From assembly GCA_000697335.1 (NCBI GenBank), contig JNEM01010781.1, positions 1-64,000 on the forward strand: a stretch of 64,000 bases of DNA, in the 5' to 3' direction. This DNA comes from Conidiobolus incongruus B7586 (Eukaryota). Each line of letters begins with the position of its first letter. Position 1 is the first letter of the stretch. The notes beneath the pieces were generated by a model. It saw only the letters and a list, made by a program, of their open reading frames with translations. It did not search any database and was not told the DNA's origin. Of the stretch, positions 25,677-42,500 are shown in pieces. The translations under genes and the position numbers were made by a program.

Positions 25677-27351
25677 TATGGTAATTTATCTAGGCCTTGA
25701 ATAAATATTGATAGGAATGCCCAAAACTAGTAAAAGTTCCAGGAGCAGTCCAACATAAAAATGTACAATATAATATATCTTGATATGGCTTTTAAATTTT
25801 TAACTGAGTACTTAATGTTGGTGACTAATTTGTTGTATAATTTTATCCATATTGGTGTGCATTTTAAGCAATTAATAAAATGAAAAATTTGATGTTTGAT
25901 AAGATTTTTAATCAATCAACTGTAAACTTAATATTATTATAAGATAAAAATTAAAAATTACAGTCCCTAGAAAAATCCAAATATTTATTGATATAATTAT
26001 TCTATCAACTGTAAATAATAAGCAACTAGGATTATAATTTGCGTTTAACACCATACACTATTTTTGTTTATCAAGTTTATATTTAATTGAAATTTTAAAT
26101 ACATTTTTGACTATTAAAATTTTCATGATATATCTCTTTTCTTCTACAATAAAAACATGTTATTAAAAATTTTTCAATAGCACTCAATCTATGATATAAT
26201 ATTATAGATTTCGGACAATTGATTTTTTTAATACAAATTATTTTATTGGATTTAAGCTTTAAATTTTTATTAAAATTAAAAGGATATTGTAAAAAAGCTT
26301 CATTTTCATTACTATTATAGTTAACTATGATTAATAAAGATAATGTTATTGCTGAAAATGCTAATGAATTTGGATAAAGTTATATTAAGTACGTGATCAA
26401 AATAATTAAAAGTTACGCTTAGTATTTTTTAATACTCTTTCCTTTGAAAAATCATTTATATTTAAGTGTATAAATTTATAGATTCAATTGCTTTAAAAAT
26501 AATGACTAGAAATTTAGTTATTTATATTGATTCCTTTTATTTTTATAAACACAAAATGGGAATTTTTTGAATTTTATTTAATATTTAATATATTGAATAT
26601 TTTCAAAATATTCGCTTTTTTATTAAAAAAAATATTTTTATTAATTGCAATGTTGCTAAATTTAGATAAAATTAATGGGCTATAAATGCATGATTTTTTT
26701 ATGCACTAATTGGACCAATGATCATCGTTCATTAATATTTAATTAAACTTAATTGAACCAAAAAAATATAAGGTAAATTTTGAAGATTTTGCAAATGTTC
26801 AAAAGGATAAAAGTCAAAGTGAAGGTTATAAAAAATAGACGATTATCAGGTTATAACCTCTCTTTCTTTTCTAATGATTGCTGAAATGATGTATGAGGTG
26901 CACTGTGTGCACAGATGATGCTGAGTAATTGTCTATTTGATGGAAAGAAGGTGAATGGAGTAGTATGTCTGGATTTCATTGAATTTGATAATATTTATAA
27001 TAACATTACAAAATTTCTCAAATTTAATATATTTTAATTCAATAATTCATATAATAAATTTATATCAGAAATTTATATGATAAAAACTAAAATTTATGTT
27101 AATTTATTAATTTTAGTTCCATTCATCATTATTTTGTTTCTTTGAAATATTTAATCCTTTTCAAGAAATTTTATCAATTGGGGATATTGTTTCGTCACTT
27201 CTTCATACAACCCTACAGTTCACCTCCAATATCTTTACCCTATTCATCACTAAACCTCTTATCATTAACCAAATTCCATCACATTATATCTTCATTTTTA
27301 TTTTTATCTTACTGAGTTGGCATTCATTTTTATTTTCATTCATCTTCATAA

Positions 27352-30204
27352 ATGCCATTGATCAATAATCGCTCAATACCTCTTCAGCCTCTTCCTGTTA
27401 TTAGCGTGAAAAAAGGTCCCGGGGTTCCTAAATTCACTCCAGTTTGGGTGATCCAAGAAACAGGAGAGGTTTTTACTAATTATTCGTAAATTTTAAAATG
27501 ATTAAATTTTTATTTTGTATTAACTTTGATTTGAATAGTGATTTCTGTTATAAAGTACTTTTATATCGTAAAAAGATTTGGACCTGTCAATGGACCGACA
27601 AAACTGGCTTAACTTATTACCAAGCTCTTAATTCAGAATTCGAAACAGAAGTTGAGATACTTCAAAGTATTAATAAAACTTTAAGGGACCAGGTACTTGG
27701 TTTAGTTTTTGACGGACCTGATTATATCAAATTATTGGCAGAATTAGTACATCAAGAACTTCATGGCCCTCTCAAAGTTGGAGATAGAGTTACTTGGGTA
27801 GAAAGCAAATCTGGGTAATTAAATTGATTAAATTTTTAGTTTTAGTCAAATTTAACTATCTATAGTGCCCAAGGTAAAATCATCGATATCCAAGTTCCCA
27901 ATAAGGGTAATCCGTCAGAAAGCAAATGCATTATTCAAACAGATTCAAATTTGGTGTTCTCTGTTTTGTTAGATAACTTAAAGTAATATTTTATATTTAA
28001 TTTACTTATTTTTTTTCATTCTAATTTTAGTATTTAGAAAAACTGCACCTTATTTAGCTAAAATGGACATTCAAAATATTTTGCAATTTATCAAAAAGTG
28101 CTCTAAAGAACCAGCCCTTAAAAAATATTTTTCTGATGACAAGAATTTGGATCCTTCGAACAAGAGCATTATACGACCAACTTCTAGAGTGGATTACATT
28201 TCGAGATTAAATATACATTCCTCATCCCCTAGAGAAAGGAAGGGTACTCCAACATTCATAATAGATTCTGCAAATTATTCTGAGAGAGATACAGTAAGTA
28301 CAATTTGTTAACAAATATTAAATTACTAAACAACTTTGATAGAATTGCTCAGGCTCTCCTGATCCATATTATAAAGAAAAAACTCCTGTTGAAGGCAATG
28401 GTTATAGTCACATTGCTTTTCAAAGAATTCTTCCTGCACCATCAGGTATGTCATATCAATTTATTTTCATATACAGATAGCTTATTTTTTTTCTTTTCAG
28501 CAGGATTTACTCCTGGATCAGATGTCAGTTCACCTAAAACATCCAATATCTCAATTGGTAAATTCAAAGGAGTAGAAGATCTCACAATCAGAAGTAATCC
28601 TCAAAAACAATGCAGACCTACTCTCATTCCTGTGCCAATTACATGCCCAAAATTATTATCTTTGACAACAAAGCTATGGGTTTTCACTAATACTTTCCAT
28701 GAATCCTTAGATTTTGACCAACTCCCACTATTCAATATCATTGAGCTTATCGATCAGTCTACCAATTCTCAATCCGAAAACAGATTTGAGATTGAGTATT
28801 TAGTAATGGCATATTTGAACTTAATCATTCCAGATGCACATAATATGGCCAGTCAATGGTTTCCCCTTAATTCCAAATTCCCGAACACTTCAGTCGAATT
28901 CTTGGCCACTCATCTAGGTGATTGGCGCAAAGTTGCTACCCCAATCAAAGCAAACATCTGGGGACGAACTTTATTTGGTTGTCTTAAACAATTAGCAACC
29001 GATATTGCTTTGCCTAATGCCCAATACATCATATCCCATTTAGAAGGAACAGAAGATGCTCCAAGTGCTTTAGAGCTAACTAATGATATAGAGGAATTAG
29101 TCAAAACTAATATCGAAGATGGTCTTCGCGCAGTTAAAAAAGCTAGAGGCAATAAGGGAAAACCCATCAATGATCCTTCTACTCAACTTGAAATAGAGCT
29201 CCAAACTCGTTTTTATAGATTAAGTACGACAGACAAATTAAACATCTTATCATTCCTTGTAGAACAAGCCAGTGGCTCGACTAAAATCAGGTAAATATTA
29301 TTTTCATGTTACTAAATTATCACATATTAACAAGTCGAATACAGAGATGCAATAGAAGCCAGAGTTGAGCAAAGAACATCATTAAAAAGAGATAAATCTG
29401 AGTTACAAAAGATTATAAGAAACAGGTAATATTTCAATCACTATATTAGTAACTTGAAGTCTAAATTGGTAATTATTTAGAGTTGACGAGTTGACCATGA
29501 TTAATCGAAATATTCAAGAGATTGAGGCTACTTTATCACCTTATTTAGATATTCCTACTTCAAGTCCTGTTTCTTCACCTAGTAGTCTAAGCAATGGTAA
29601 AAGACCTAATGATGGAGATACATCTGCTCCTCAACTCTCCAGATTGGAAACAAAAAATTTAAGAAAACAGCTGGAAGAATTAAAGGCCTCCCAACGAGAT
29701 GTCGAGTTAATTAATCAACAAAATGATGAAAGGCTAGACAAGTTAGAAAATCAAATCAATATGCAATTTGATTTGCTTCGTTTTAAGCCTGTTGGCCAAG
29801 ATAGGTTCCTCAATAAATACTACTTTGCTTTTGGCTGTGTTAGTTTACCAGATTCCGAGGATGGCCCAAAGATTTTGGTTGAACATTGCGTTGATTTAGA
29901 TACTCTTTCTCAATTATCTGGAATAAATAAAGATGAATTATCTTCAAGATGGAATTCAGAATTGGGAACAGATCCTGAAGAACATCCTAGACCTTGGGGA
30001 TATTTGGATTCCCTTGATCAGGTAATGATATTTTAAATTGATATTATCAATAATTGATTCTGATTCACATTTTGTAATTAGGTAAAACAGCTGATTGAAT
30101 GGCTAAACCCAAACGGGTTAAGAGAAAAAGTTCTTAAAAGTGGACTCGAAGCAGTATTAGATGCATTTGAAGAGACTGAAACTAAAAACGAGTCAGAAAA
30201 TTAG
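27352..30204 (+). CDS. ISWI chromatin-remodelling accessory subunit Itc1/ACF1-like (WAC, DDT-like, WHIM), multi-exon
   Basis: WAC: VWVIQETGEVFTNY..YRKKIWTCQWTDKTGLTYYQALNSE; WHIM1 FYRLSTTDKLNILSFLVE; WHIM2 GQDRFLNKYY; WHIM3 WGYLDSLDQVKQLIEWLNPNGLREKVL. Confidence 0.85.
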
Positions 30205-30610
30205 CAATTACTATTAGTTGAATCGATTTGACTTCATTATGTTCAATGTATACTACACCAATCATTTTCCTTTAAACTATATTAAATTATATACCCAATT
30301 TCGATTTATTAAATAATGTTAACAAGACCTCAAGATCAAGTTGATTTTTTACATGATAAATCTAGTTACATTTTCCAAATAATTCTCTTTATTTAATAAA
30401 TACAATATTTAAAGAATATGGAATTTGCTAATTTGAGCTTATTCAAAATTCAAAATTCAAAAATATTGGTGTTACCCAAACATTGTGCTTTTATCCAATT
30501 AAAATTAATGAATGGATCCATAATCATCAATATAAATGATTTTAAAATTGTTTTCAATTCTTGTGCTTATTATTATTATTATTATTATTATTATTTTAAT
30601 TATTAATTAA

Positions 30611-32248
<1,638 letters not shown>

Positions 32249-32430
32249 TATATTCATTATAGAGCTAATAAATTCATACTTTTATATATAATTACATATA
32301 ACAAAATTAAATATTTATCAATTTAAAATACAAAACTGAGCATTAACTATTGTTTTGAATTAATGTTTTTATTGTAATATTAAATTTAAATAAATTTGAA
32401 AAAAATATTTTTTAAGAAATATTTATAAAA

Positions 32431-32634
32431 TTATTGTTTGGAATTCTTATTGTCATTCGAGTCATTTAAAGCTTTTTCAGCTTTTTTTTCTGCAATTTTA
32501 GCTTTAATTCCTTGGATAGTTGTTCTAATAGTAGCGCTAGTTTCTAATACAGCATATCCGGTAAATATCAAAATACCAGTGACAGCAACTTTATGAAGTA
32601 AATCAGGTAATTTGCTCCCAGATAAATTTCTCAT
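32431..32634 (-). CDS. Small single-TM protein, possibly Cox14-like cytochrome c oxidase assembly factor
   Basis: 67 aa with a real ATG; D..HK followed by hydrophobic VAVTGILIFTGYAV and a basic tail. Family assignment is tentative. Confidence 0.5.
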   Translation of the reverse strand: MRNLSGSKLPDLLHKVAVTGILIFTGYAVLETSATIRTTIQGIKAKIAEKKAEKALNDSNDNKNSKQ

Positions 32635-33315
32635 TTTAACTTAATTGTTTTTAAACATAGAAAATGTAGATTATTTTATATTTCATAAAGTGTGAGTCAA
32701 AATATATACCATTTGAATATAGTAAAAATTATGGGATTAATGGGAGTTTGTCCTTTTTTATTATTAGTGTAATATTATTTATAAAAATATGTATCCCTCG
32801 TATCTGTCCCATATCAATTAATTTTAAAAATTAATCTTATATTCATCAAACCTCGAACAATGGGTCACCAAAAGGGAATATTAAAATAATATACTCTAGG
32901 ACTGGAATTATTCCTCCTAATTACCAGAGTCAAACTATGAATAATTTAGTTAAACTCCTTGGCTATAGTAGTCCACTAAACATTAAATTCAATTAAATAA
33001 TATATATAAAAAAATAACATTATTTTAATTAAAAAATTTTAAGAAAATTATTATATTAAATATATTATTATTATTTAATTTTTATATAATTATTTAATTT
33101 GATTTAATATTTAAGTATAAAAAAGAATTTAAGATAATGAATTAATTTAACTTTTATTAATTCAATCAAAATTATATGGGAATTATTTATTGATATTTAA
33201 TTAAAACTTAACATACCCATAATTTTTTTAATATAGTTAGGATATAGTATATAAATATATCTTTCATTAATATATTAAAATTAAGTATATTTAATTAATT
33301 CAACTTTATTAAATA

Positions 33316-33924
33316 ATGAATATTTCAAAACAGTATCAATTGAAAAAATACGCAGAAGCTACTTTAGGTGCTGGATATTTAAAAGAAGTTGTCAAATTGC
33401 CAAAAGGTGAAGATCTTAATGAGTGGTTGGCTATGAGTGCAGTTGATTTTTTTAACCAAGCTAATATGTTGTACAGTTTGGTAACTGAATGGTGTACACC
33501 ACTCCACTGTCCTTTAATGTCAGCTGGACCTAAATATTCTTACTACTGGAAGGATGAAAGCAAAAAAGGAAACTCTGAGCCTATCCAAGTCCCAGCTCCT
33601 AAATATGTGGACTTATTAATGGCTTGGATTCAATCTCAAATAGATAATGAACGATTATTCCCCACCAAGCTCGGTATTCCTTTCCCCGCCAATTTCTTAC
33701 CCACAGTTAAAGTGATATTCAAGAGACTGCACCGTGTTTATGCTCATTTATATCATTCACACTTTGATCATCTATTGGGTTTAGGAGAGGAAGTTCATCT
33801 CAACACGTCTTACAAGCATTTGATTTATTTTATTCAAGAGTTTAAATTAGTTGATGAATCTGAATTAGCTCCAATGTCTGATTTAATTGCTACTTTTAAT
33901 GATCCTGAACCTGTTGAAAACTAA
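33316..33924 (+). CDS. MOB1: Mob1-family kinase activator
   Basis: YAEATLG.G.LKEVVKLPKGEDLNEWLA, CPLMSAGPKY, FKRLHRVYAHLYHSHF, HLNTSYKH. Confidence 0.92.
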   Translation: MNISKQYQLKKYAEATLGAGYLKEVVKLPKGEDLNEWLAMSAVDFFNQANMLYSLVTEWCTPLHCPLMSAGPKYSYYWKDESKKGNSEPIQVPAPKYVDLLMAWIQSQIDNERLFPTKLGIPFPANFLPTVKVIFKRLHRVYAHLYHSHFDHLLGLGEEVHLNTSYKHLIYFIQEFKLVDESELAPMSDLIATFNDPEPVEN

Positions 33925-36233
33925 CAATCAATTAATATTAAAGTATATTATCTTTTAATAAAAGTAATACAAAATATATTATGCATTTAATATAAGATGA
34001 AAATAATTTTCTATTTATATTTTTTTATTTACAAAATTCTTAAAATTATTTAAAATTCAATGTTACTCGTTATATTATAAAGACTGTAATTCCCAAATTT
34101 CAATCCTTACTCGATGAACCTATCACCAATTCAAATAAATTTAATGTTTACTATAAAAAACAATAAAGAAAATTCAGTTTTAATATTTAAAACATTGAAA
34201 TACTACAGTAAATATTTCAAATAATTTTACAATTTGAAAATTAAATAATATTTTTACATATTTAATGCTTTAATCAAAGAATAGCATGAAATTTGATAAG
34301 CAAAGGAAGAAATAACTAATACATAATCTTAATATTTCAAACTAGTATTGAAAATATCAAAATGTAGCTAACCCCAGAAATTCCAATATATTAATATTGA
34401 TATATCACTTTGTTTATTTAACTTATATAAAAATAATGGATATTGATATAATATGATATTTAAAATATTTACATATCAAATGAATAAATATTGTATTAAT
34501 AAAAGACTAGACTCTATATCAATAATTGACTAAATATATTAAATATTATTTGAAGATTAATAGTATAGCGGCAGTATTATCCAAGGGCTTTAACTATTTG
34601 CTGAATAGTAATTTTTAAATAATCATTTGATTAAAATTTTCTATTGATTGAATTTTTACCTAATATCCATCTATATAAGTCATCCAACGAATTATTATAA
34701 TAAATAACAATTTCGTATATAAGCATTTATCATTATATTCAAAGTGATTAGTAGCATTAATGGTAATAAAATTTAGCTATAATTTATTAAACGAATACAA
34801 ATCTTAAGTATGATTCATAAATTCAATTAAATTATTATTTTTATTCAATAAAATAATCATAATATCTATCAGCTTAATCATTATAAATCATCCTAGCTGA
34901 TATTGATTTGATCTTATTAAATCATTGGATAAAAAAAGATATTTAGACTAATTTTATATTTCATTAATGAAAGCAGAGATATTATGCTTGGGCTTTCTTT
35001 AGTATTATTGAAGTGGTTTATGTTCTATTAATTATTCCCAATTTTGAATTTGATATTTGAAAATTTTAAATTTTTAATCCACGAGTTCATACTAGTTATA
35101 TTTTCTATAATTATTCATACTGTACTTTCAAGTTCATCCAAAATTATTTAAATTCATTAGTTATTATGCTATTTCCATTATAATATTTGGACAAATTATT
35201 CTCTTGTATCAGTTACTATATTATTTAATATTAAATAATTATAATAAATTTGATAAAGAATTCAAAGCTATTATTGAATAATATTTCATTTATATACTCC
35301 AAATACTAAATGTCATAGTAAATTCTAAATAATAGTTACTTAAACTCGATTAATCTGGACACTTTTTTATAGTAACATTGAAAATACCCTAAAGTTAACA
35401 ATTTTTAACAAATATCATAATAGCTTAACAATTATTGTCTGAAAATCATATTTTTACGTATTGCAAAATATAGCTCAACTTGATTCAACTATTACATTAA
35501 CGTTTATTGATTTAAGATTGATAGATAATGCCCCGTTTTATTACTATATTTCACATTATTAAATATATTCTCCCTTCTATTAATTAAATTTCAATATTTT
35601 ATGTAATGTCTTCATCCAACGCTCAATTAAGTATATATTAATATTTGAATCCAAATACTAAGATATATTAATACTTGAAAAAGTATTATACTCTCGAAGA
35701 TTTTGATTATATTATTTTTAATGACAAATATAATATTTTGGATAATGTATGAATTTTATTGGACTATTTCAATGTTTTTTGAAAAAAAAATATTGATAAT
35801 AATTTAATCTTTTATAGCGATCACTGACGAATCATTTTAGGTATATCTTAAAGTGTTGTATTTTATATTACGGCACTTCATTCGCTTTAGAATATGAATT
35901 AATAATGTGTAGGTTTATCCATTACCAATCATTTTCTTTAATTATCAAAGTTTAATTTAAAGACCTCAACATCACATGATATATACATCCATCCTTTTTT
36001 TTGTTCAACCAATGAATTTTGAGGATGAGATGAATATTGCTATTTTAAGGATGCTAGTAAACTCGAATGACTGTCTTGAGAATATTCAGTAAATCATACC
36101 TCAATTTAATTCTTCCAATCAATATATATACTACGTTTCAAGCCTCTTTCTATCACTTGCTTTCGCTCTCATTAAATATTATCTTTACAAAAACTATTAA
36201 ATTAATAAATATCATATAAATTAAAATAAGAAT

Positions 36234-37532
36234 ATGTCAAAGTTATTGAGAGTTGTTAAACCCAACTTACTAGCTAATATTAATGCAGGCTTACGTCGTC
36301 ATCTTCAAACCTCTACCAGGCTTAGTGTAAATGGTGTCAAAGTAAGATCCAAGTATCCTGGTGCCCTTGACTCCTATTTTAGCCACGAACTCAAGTTTAT
36401 CACCCCAACTGAATCTATTGATACTTATAGAGTTATGGACGAAAACGGTGTTGTTTCTCATTCAGAGAATGAACCTGATGTCTCTCAAGAGTTGGCTACT
36501 AAAATTTATCAAGATATGATTACTTTAAACACCATGGACAATATTTTATACGATGCTCAGCGTCAAGGTCGTATCTCTTTCTATATGACCAGTTATGGTG
36601 AAGAAGGTCAAATTGGATCTGCTGCTGCCTTGACTGCTGAAGATGTGATCTATGGCCAATATAGAGAAGCTGGTGTCATCCTTCACCGTGGATTCACATT
36701 AGATGAAATCATGAATCAATGCTATAGTAATATGTATGATGTTGGTAAGGGAAGACAGATGCCTGTTCACTATGGCTGTAAAAGATTAAATTTTCAAACC
36801 ATTTCCTCTCCTCTTGCAACTCAAATTCCCCAAGCTTCAGGGGCTGCCTACGCTTTGAAAATGGAAGGTAAGAAAGCTATCGTAATGTGCTACTTCGGTG
36901 AAGGTGCTGCTTCAGAAGGTGACTTCCACCCTGCTTTAAATATGGCTGCCACTTTGAACTGTCCCGTCATTTTCTATTGTAGAAATAATGGATTTGCCAT
37001 TTCAACTCCTTCTAGTGAACAATATCGTGGGGATGGTATTGCTGCTCGTGGTATTGGTTATGGTGTTGATACTATTCGTGTCGATGGTAACGATGTTTGG
37101 GCTGTGTATAATGCCACCAAGGCTGCTAGAGCTAGAGCTTTGGAACACAACAAACCCGTTTTAATTGAAGCTATGACCTACCGTGTTGGACATCACTCCA
37201 CGTCTGACGACTCATCAGCCTATCGTTCCAAGCAAGAAGTTGAAGATTGGAAACGTTTGGATAATCCTATTACCCGTACTCGTAAATGGATGGAAGGCAA
37301 AGGCTGGTGGGATCAAACCAAAGAAGACGAATTCCGCAAGAAAATTCGTAAAGATATTTTGACAGCTTTCAGTAAAGCTGAAAAAGTCCCCAAGCCCCCT
37401 ATTGAAGAATTGTTTACTGATGTTTACGATACTCTTCCTCCTCACCTCCAGAAACAGAAGCGTGAGATGGAAGAACATATTAAGAAATATCCCCAATTTT
37501 ATTCCACCAAAGATTATGCTCAAAAGAATTAA
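36234..37532 (+). CDS. Branched-chain 2-oxoacid dehydrogenase E1 alpha subunit, mitochondrial
   Basis: QRQGRISFYMT, GRQMPVHYG, ISSPLATQIPQA, TPP-binding GEGAASEGDF..NN, YRVGHHSTSDDS. Confidence 0.95.
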   Translation: MSKLLRVVKPNLLANINAGLRRHLQTSTRLSVNGVKVRSKYPGALDSYFSHELKFITPTESIDTYRVMDENGVVSHSENEPDVSQELATKIYQDMITLNTMDNILYDAQRQGRISFYMTSYGEEGQIGSAAALTAEDVIYGQYREAGVILHRGFTLDEIMNQCYSNMYDVGKGRQMPVHYGCKRLNFQTISSPLATQIPQASGAAYALKMEGKKAIVMCYFGEGAASEGDFHPALNMAATLNCPVIFYCRNNGFAISTPSSEQYRGDGIAARGIGYGVDTIRVDGNDVWAVYNATKAARARALEHNKPVLIEAMTYRVGHHSTSDDSSAYRSKQEVEDWKRLDNPITRTRKWMEGKGWWDQTKEDEFRKKIRKDILTAFSKAEKVPKPPIEELFTDVYDTLPPHLQKQKREMEEHIKKYPQFYSTKDYAQKN

Positions 37533-39596
37533 TTAAACATCCCAATTCCAACCTAATTCATCAATAAAAATATGAAATCATAATACCAATTTATATATAT
37601 CATATTAATAGCTATTAAATTTTGAAATTTCAATTCATAATTATAAAAGAATATATTATATATCATTGAAGTTCTTACGATCAGTCAGTTAATATTTAAT
37701 TAGCTATTGATATAAATATATAAAAGGATGTCATTATGAAAACCAAAGCGTCACTCTAAGTAATGAGCAACCCAATGACTGTCTGCAATTCATAATGTTT
37801 GAATTAGGTTCTAACTATGATCAGACGCATTTACCTCTTTTTGGCCACTAACTTGAATGATAATCAAATTAGATCAAATCAATTCACAAAGAAATAGCAT
37901 TTGATATAATATATCCTTTTCTTAATAAGGAAATAATTTTAATAGCAATTTTATTTTAATTATTATTTTTTACAAGCAATTATATGATTTATTACAAGAA
38001 CTTTTCAATTTTATTAAATTATTTTTAATGTAATGATTTTTCATTGGTTAAATATTAGTTAAGAAACAAATGGCAAAATTTTTTAATTTGGATTTTTCAA
38101 ATATATTGTTAGTTTTAAAAATGAATTATATATAAAATGTATAAGAGGATTAATATTTTCAAACTATATATGTATTTATTTATAATTGTTTCATTATAAT
38201 ATTTATATTTAAATTAAACAAACAAAATTAAAAGGTTTTTATTTTAATATTATTAAAACTCAACTATAAACCTTATAAAATTATTTAAGCTTTGTAAAAA
38301 ATTTTTAAAGATAATCTTTTATTTAAAACTATTATTTAAAAATAAAACAAAATGTTAAATTTTACTATAATAACCATTTCAATAAATATTAATAAATATA
38401 ATAAATTATAATAGTATATAGTATTTATATTTAATTTTTAAGGGCAAATTGTTTTAATAATAAATTTTATATTTTGCTTAAATAAAACTATCTTTAATTA
38501 ATATATTTATTATAAATTAAAGATATTTCTTAATTTATATTATATTTATAAATTATATATAATGATAAATGATTTTCTATTTAAAGAAAATTATAAAAAA
38601 TTACCATATTTAAAATATTTAGTAAATTATAAGTTATCTAATTATAATTTAGTTAATTAAATATATTTATAAGAAAAAAAATTCTTAGAAATTTAATTAG
38701 TTTATAAAATATTAAGTTTTAGTTTTTAAAAAAAATTTTAAGTGTTAGAAGTTTACTAAAAGTATAACAAAGAATTATCATTAATAAAAAAGAATATTAA
38801 TTTCATATTATATATTTTTATATATTATATATCAAAAACATATTTAATTTTGATTTTAAGATTTTGCATTATTTGATTTCTGTAGTAATATCTAATTAAG
38901 ATAATAACAAAATTGATATTAATGTTTATATTTTGTACTAATTAAAAACAGGTACAGATCCTGATTGGCATCTTTTCATAACTAATATATTACGGTTAAA
39001 TAAAATGAAAAATTTTTATTAATATCAATAGTAATAAAGTTATCTTAGCTTTATATCCTTATTGGTTTCTTAAGCAATTGACCAGTATATTATAATAAAA
39101 AACAATAGATAGAATATTATTTTAATCGGTCCAAATATATAAATAAACCTTGATTTTGCTTTACTTTGATTAAATATGCTTCTGCTGTGGAAAAAAAAGA
39201 TATGTAAATTAAAAATAATAAAATCAAATATACTGCTAAAAAATGAGTATAAAATAAAATATCTTGATTTATTCTGCAATTTGGTATTTATATTAATTCC
39301 ATAAATTTTCATGTAATATAATATAGCGGAAAATTTTGTATATAATTAACTAGTCGGATCTCAATATTTTAATTGTTGATTTAATATTTAATAATGACTG
39401 CACATATATAAGTAATTTTAAATATTACTATATTTTAACAAAAACCTAATACTACATTCACTAAATGTAATATTCATTCTTCTAATTGATCCCACAATAA
39501 TTTCAAATTAGAAACGAAAATAAAATTGAATTCCTTTTGGACTTAGTATCAATATTAATCAGCCAACTAAAAATTCTATTGAATATAAAGATAATA

Positions 39597-42500
39597 ATGG
39601 TTAAATCTAAAAAACCAGACAATTCCACATTAAAAAAGACCAACTTTAAAAACTTGGAAAGGGTATTGGATAATAAGACCTTATTAAAATCTATAGCGGA
39701 GATATTAGACCAAATTCAACGTCCTAACCTACACCACAAAAAGTATTTTTTAAATTTTTTGAAATTACAGGAGAAATATCAAGTTGAGGAATTTACCAAC
39801 GGCTTTATATTTTTATTGAATAAAATATTAACGTGTAAGAAGGATTTGATACCCAATAGAATTTTAAAGTTTTTAGCAAATTATTTGATATTTGCAAAAG
39901 ATGAGAGTAAATTCTATATTATATTAATAATGAGTTTAAACTGAATTTTGTTGATATAGTTGATAATGACGATAATATGAAAACTGATGAAGATGACAAT
40001 ACTACAATGATTACTCAATTTGCTGAAGGAATTTTAAAATTTTATCTTCCTGGACTAGATGCTAAAGAGCGCTTAGTTCGTTTGAGATGCGCTCAATTGG
40101 TTGCTATATCCATTGATTTTATTGGAGCTGTAGAGTAAGTCAAATAGCACTGATTTTTTTTATCTGTGTTTATTCATCGATCAATATAGTGAAGATTTTT
40201 ATGTAAAACTAAGAGACACTTTAATCCAAAGAAGTTGTGATAAAGAATCCTCGTTCAGATACCAAATCGTAATCGCTTTATCTAGGTTGCAGGATGAGAA
40301 TGATGAAACCGATCCTGTTATTGATAAGTTGATCAGTATACTGCGCACTGATCCATCTGCAGATGTTAGAAAATGTGTTATTATGCATATTATACAAAAT
40401 GAAAAAACTATACCATTTTTAATCGAAAGAGCCAGAGATTTGGAGCCAAATATTAGAAAATGGATCTTTTTGAAAACTATGGATGATATTGGCGATTTTC
40501 GATTATTATCAATTAAACAAAGAGAGCATTTGTTAAAGAATGGAATTTCTGATCGTGATGAAAATGTCAAAAACGCTTGTCTCAAGATGCTGTCATCTCA
40601 TTGGATGCCCACAGTAGGAGATGACCTACTTAGTTTACTGGAGAAATTAGATGTGATGAATAGTGACGTTGCCGAAGTAACTCTTTATGCTTTCTTTAAG
40701 CTTCATCCTCAAGTGGTTCAAGATTTTTCTATTCCAGAAAATGCCTTAGATGATTTAACATCTGAATCTTCTTTCCTTATTAAAATCATATTGAAATATT
40801 GTAACGATAACAAAATGGAAGAAAAATTATTTAATTTATTGCCTTCTCCAATGGAATTAGCCGCGACCTTAGAAAAGCATCATTCACTATCCGTTACATG
40901 TGAGGATGACGTCTTGAAAGTTGAATATGATTTCATCGTCTTACAACTTCTCGAAATTGGTGCAATGTTAGATTTTGCTGACGAAGCTGGTAGAAGAAAG
41001 ATTTATGAAATGTTGAGATATTTATATTCAGTTATGGATGAAAATGAAGACATTATTTGTGCTATGGCTGTTGTTATGAAAAAGTTATCAAATAACGAAC
41101 TTGACTTTTCCCGTACTATGGTTGAAGTAGTCTCTGATGTTTGTGAAGAATTTGGATCCAATGGCGATTTCAAAGAATTTATCGGAAATTTAGAGAAAGC
41201 TGAATTTGAAGACGAAGACGAAGAAACATTAAGCGATGAAGATGCTCGCACCTTATCCATTTTGATGAAATGCTTACTTTTAGTGAAGAGTACTTTACAA
41301 CAATGTCAGCTTCCTTTAGTCAAAAACACTGTATTGTATGGATTATTGAATGATTTAGTATCTCCAGCAGTCCAGAGCTCAATTGAGGTTTTAAGACATT
41401 CAGGTTTGGTCTGCTTAGGTTTGTATTGTATGTTAGATCGTGATCTCTCTTACAAAAATTTTTCTGTATTCGCTCACTCTTGTCAAAAAGATGAAGATGA
41501 TAATAGAAATTATTGTTTGAAGGTAGATTATTATATTTATTTTTACTCTATTATTAATATTATCTAGATTATTTTTGATCTTTGCGTGATTTATGGTATT
41601 CATGAAGGCTCTTTCAAGATATCGGTAATCCTAAATTAATCATTTGTTTATTTTTTTTATTAACAAAATATTCAGCAAGAGAGTTTATTTACATTCTTTA
41701 AAAACGCCTTAAAAGATAGAGAATTGGAATTCCAAGCTATAGCATGCCAGGGTCTCGCTAGACTTTATATGGCAGACTTGTTGACGGATGATGACATTTT
41801 AAGTCGTCTTATTTTCCTTTACTTTGTCCCAACAACTCAAAATAGTTTGAAACTTCGTCAATCTCTCCATTATTTCTTTTCTGTTTATCCTCGTGCTGCG
41901 GTTAAAAATTTGAAAATCGTTCAGAAGGTGATATTCACAATTAATACTAATTAATGTATATTAATTTTAAAGTTTAGGCGTTTGTTCCATCCTTACTGAA
42001 ACTCTACCTCACCCATAAAAAGATTAGTAACAAATATGAAATGATCACGCCAATCCAAGTTGCACAACTTTTAGCTGATTGGACTGATCCAAACAATATA
42101 GAGTAATTACCTCGCTTATTAATTTCTAAGTATAATTACTTATATTTTTATAGAAATCCTGATGATGCAGCAAAAAATGTTCATGGTGAAATCGCATTGG
42201 AATTAATTAAAACTTCTATCCAGGAACCATTAGGTAATACATCTTTTTATTTAAATTTAAAATAGTTTTCATAATATTTTATTAGAAAATCGAAAACTTT
42301 TAATTCAATCATTATCTAAGCTTTCAATCAGTTCAATTACATCCCTGAACTTGATAGCCAATTTGGAATATATAATTTCTGTATTTAAAGAGGTAAATTG
42401 GTCAAGATATTTATAAAATCATTGTTAATAGTATATTTAGAAACGATCATTTCCTGATAAATTTACTCATAATACATTTACAAAGTTTTCCGACCTAGTA

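Noticed and set aside
26870..26930. ATGATG...CTGA with GTGCAC hairpin, possible C/D snoRNA
   Set aside because: Too short between boxes and no recognisable rRNA antisense element.
30568..30594. (TAT)n tract giving a poly-Tyr ORF; (AT)n tracts near 42620 and 62385
   Set aside because: Ordinary microsatellites in non-coding or intronic DNA.
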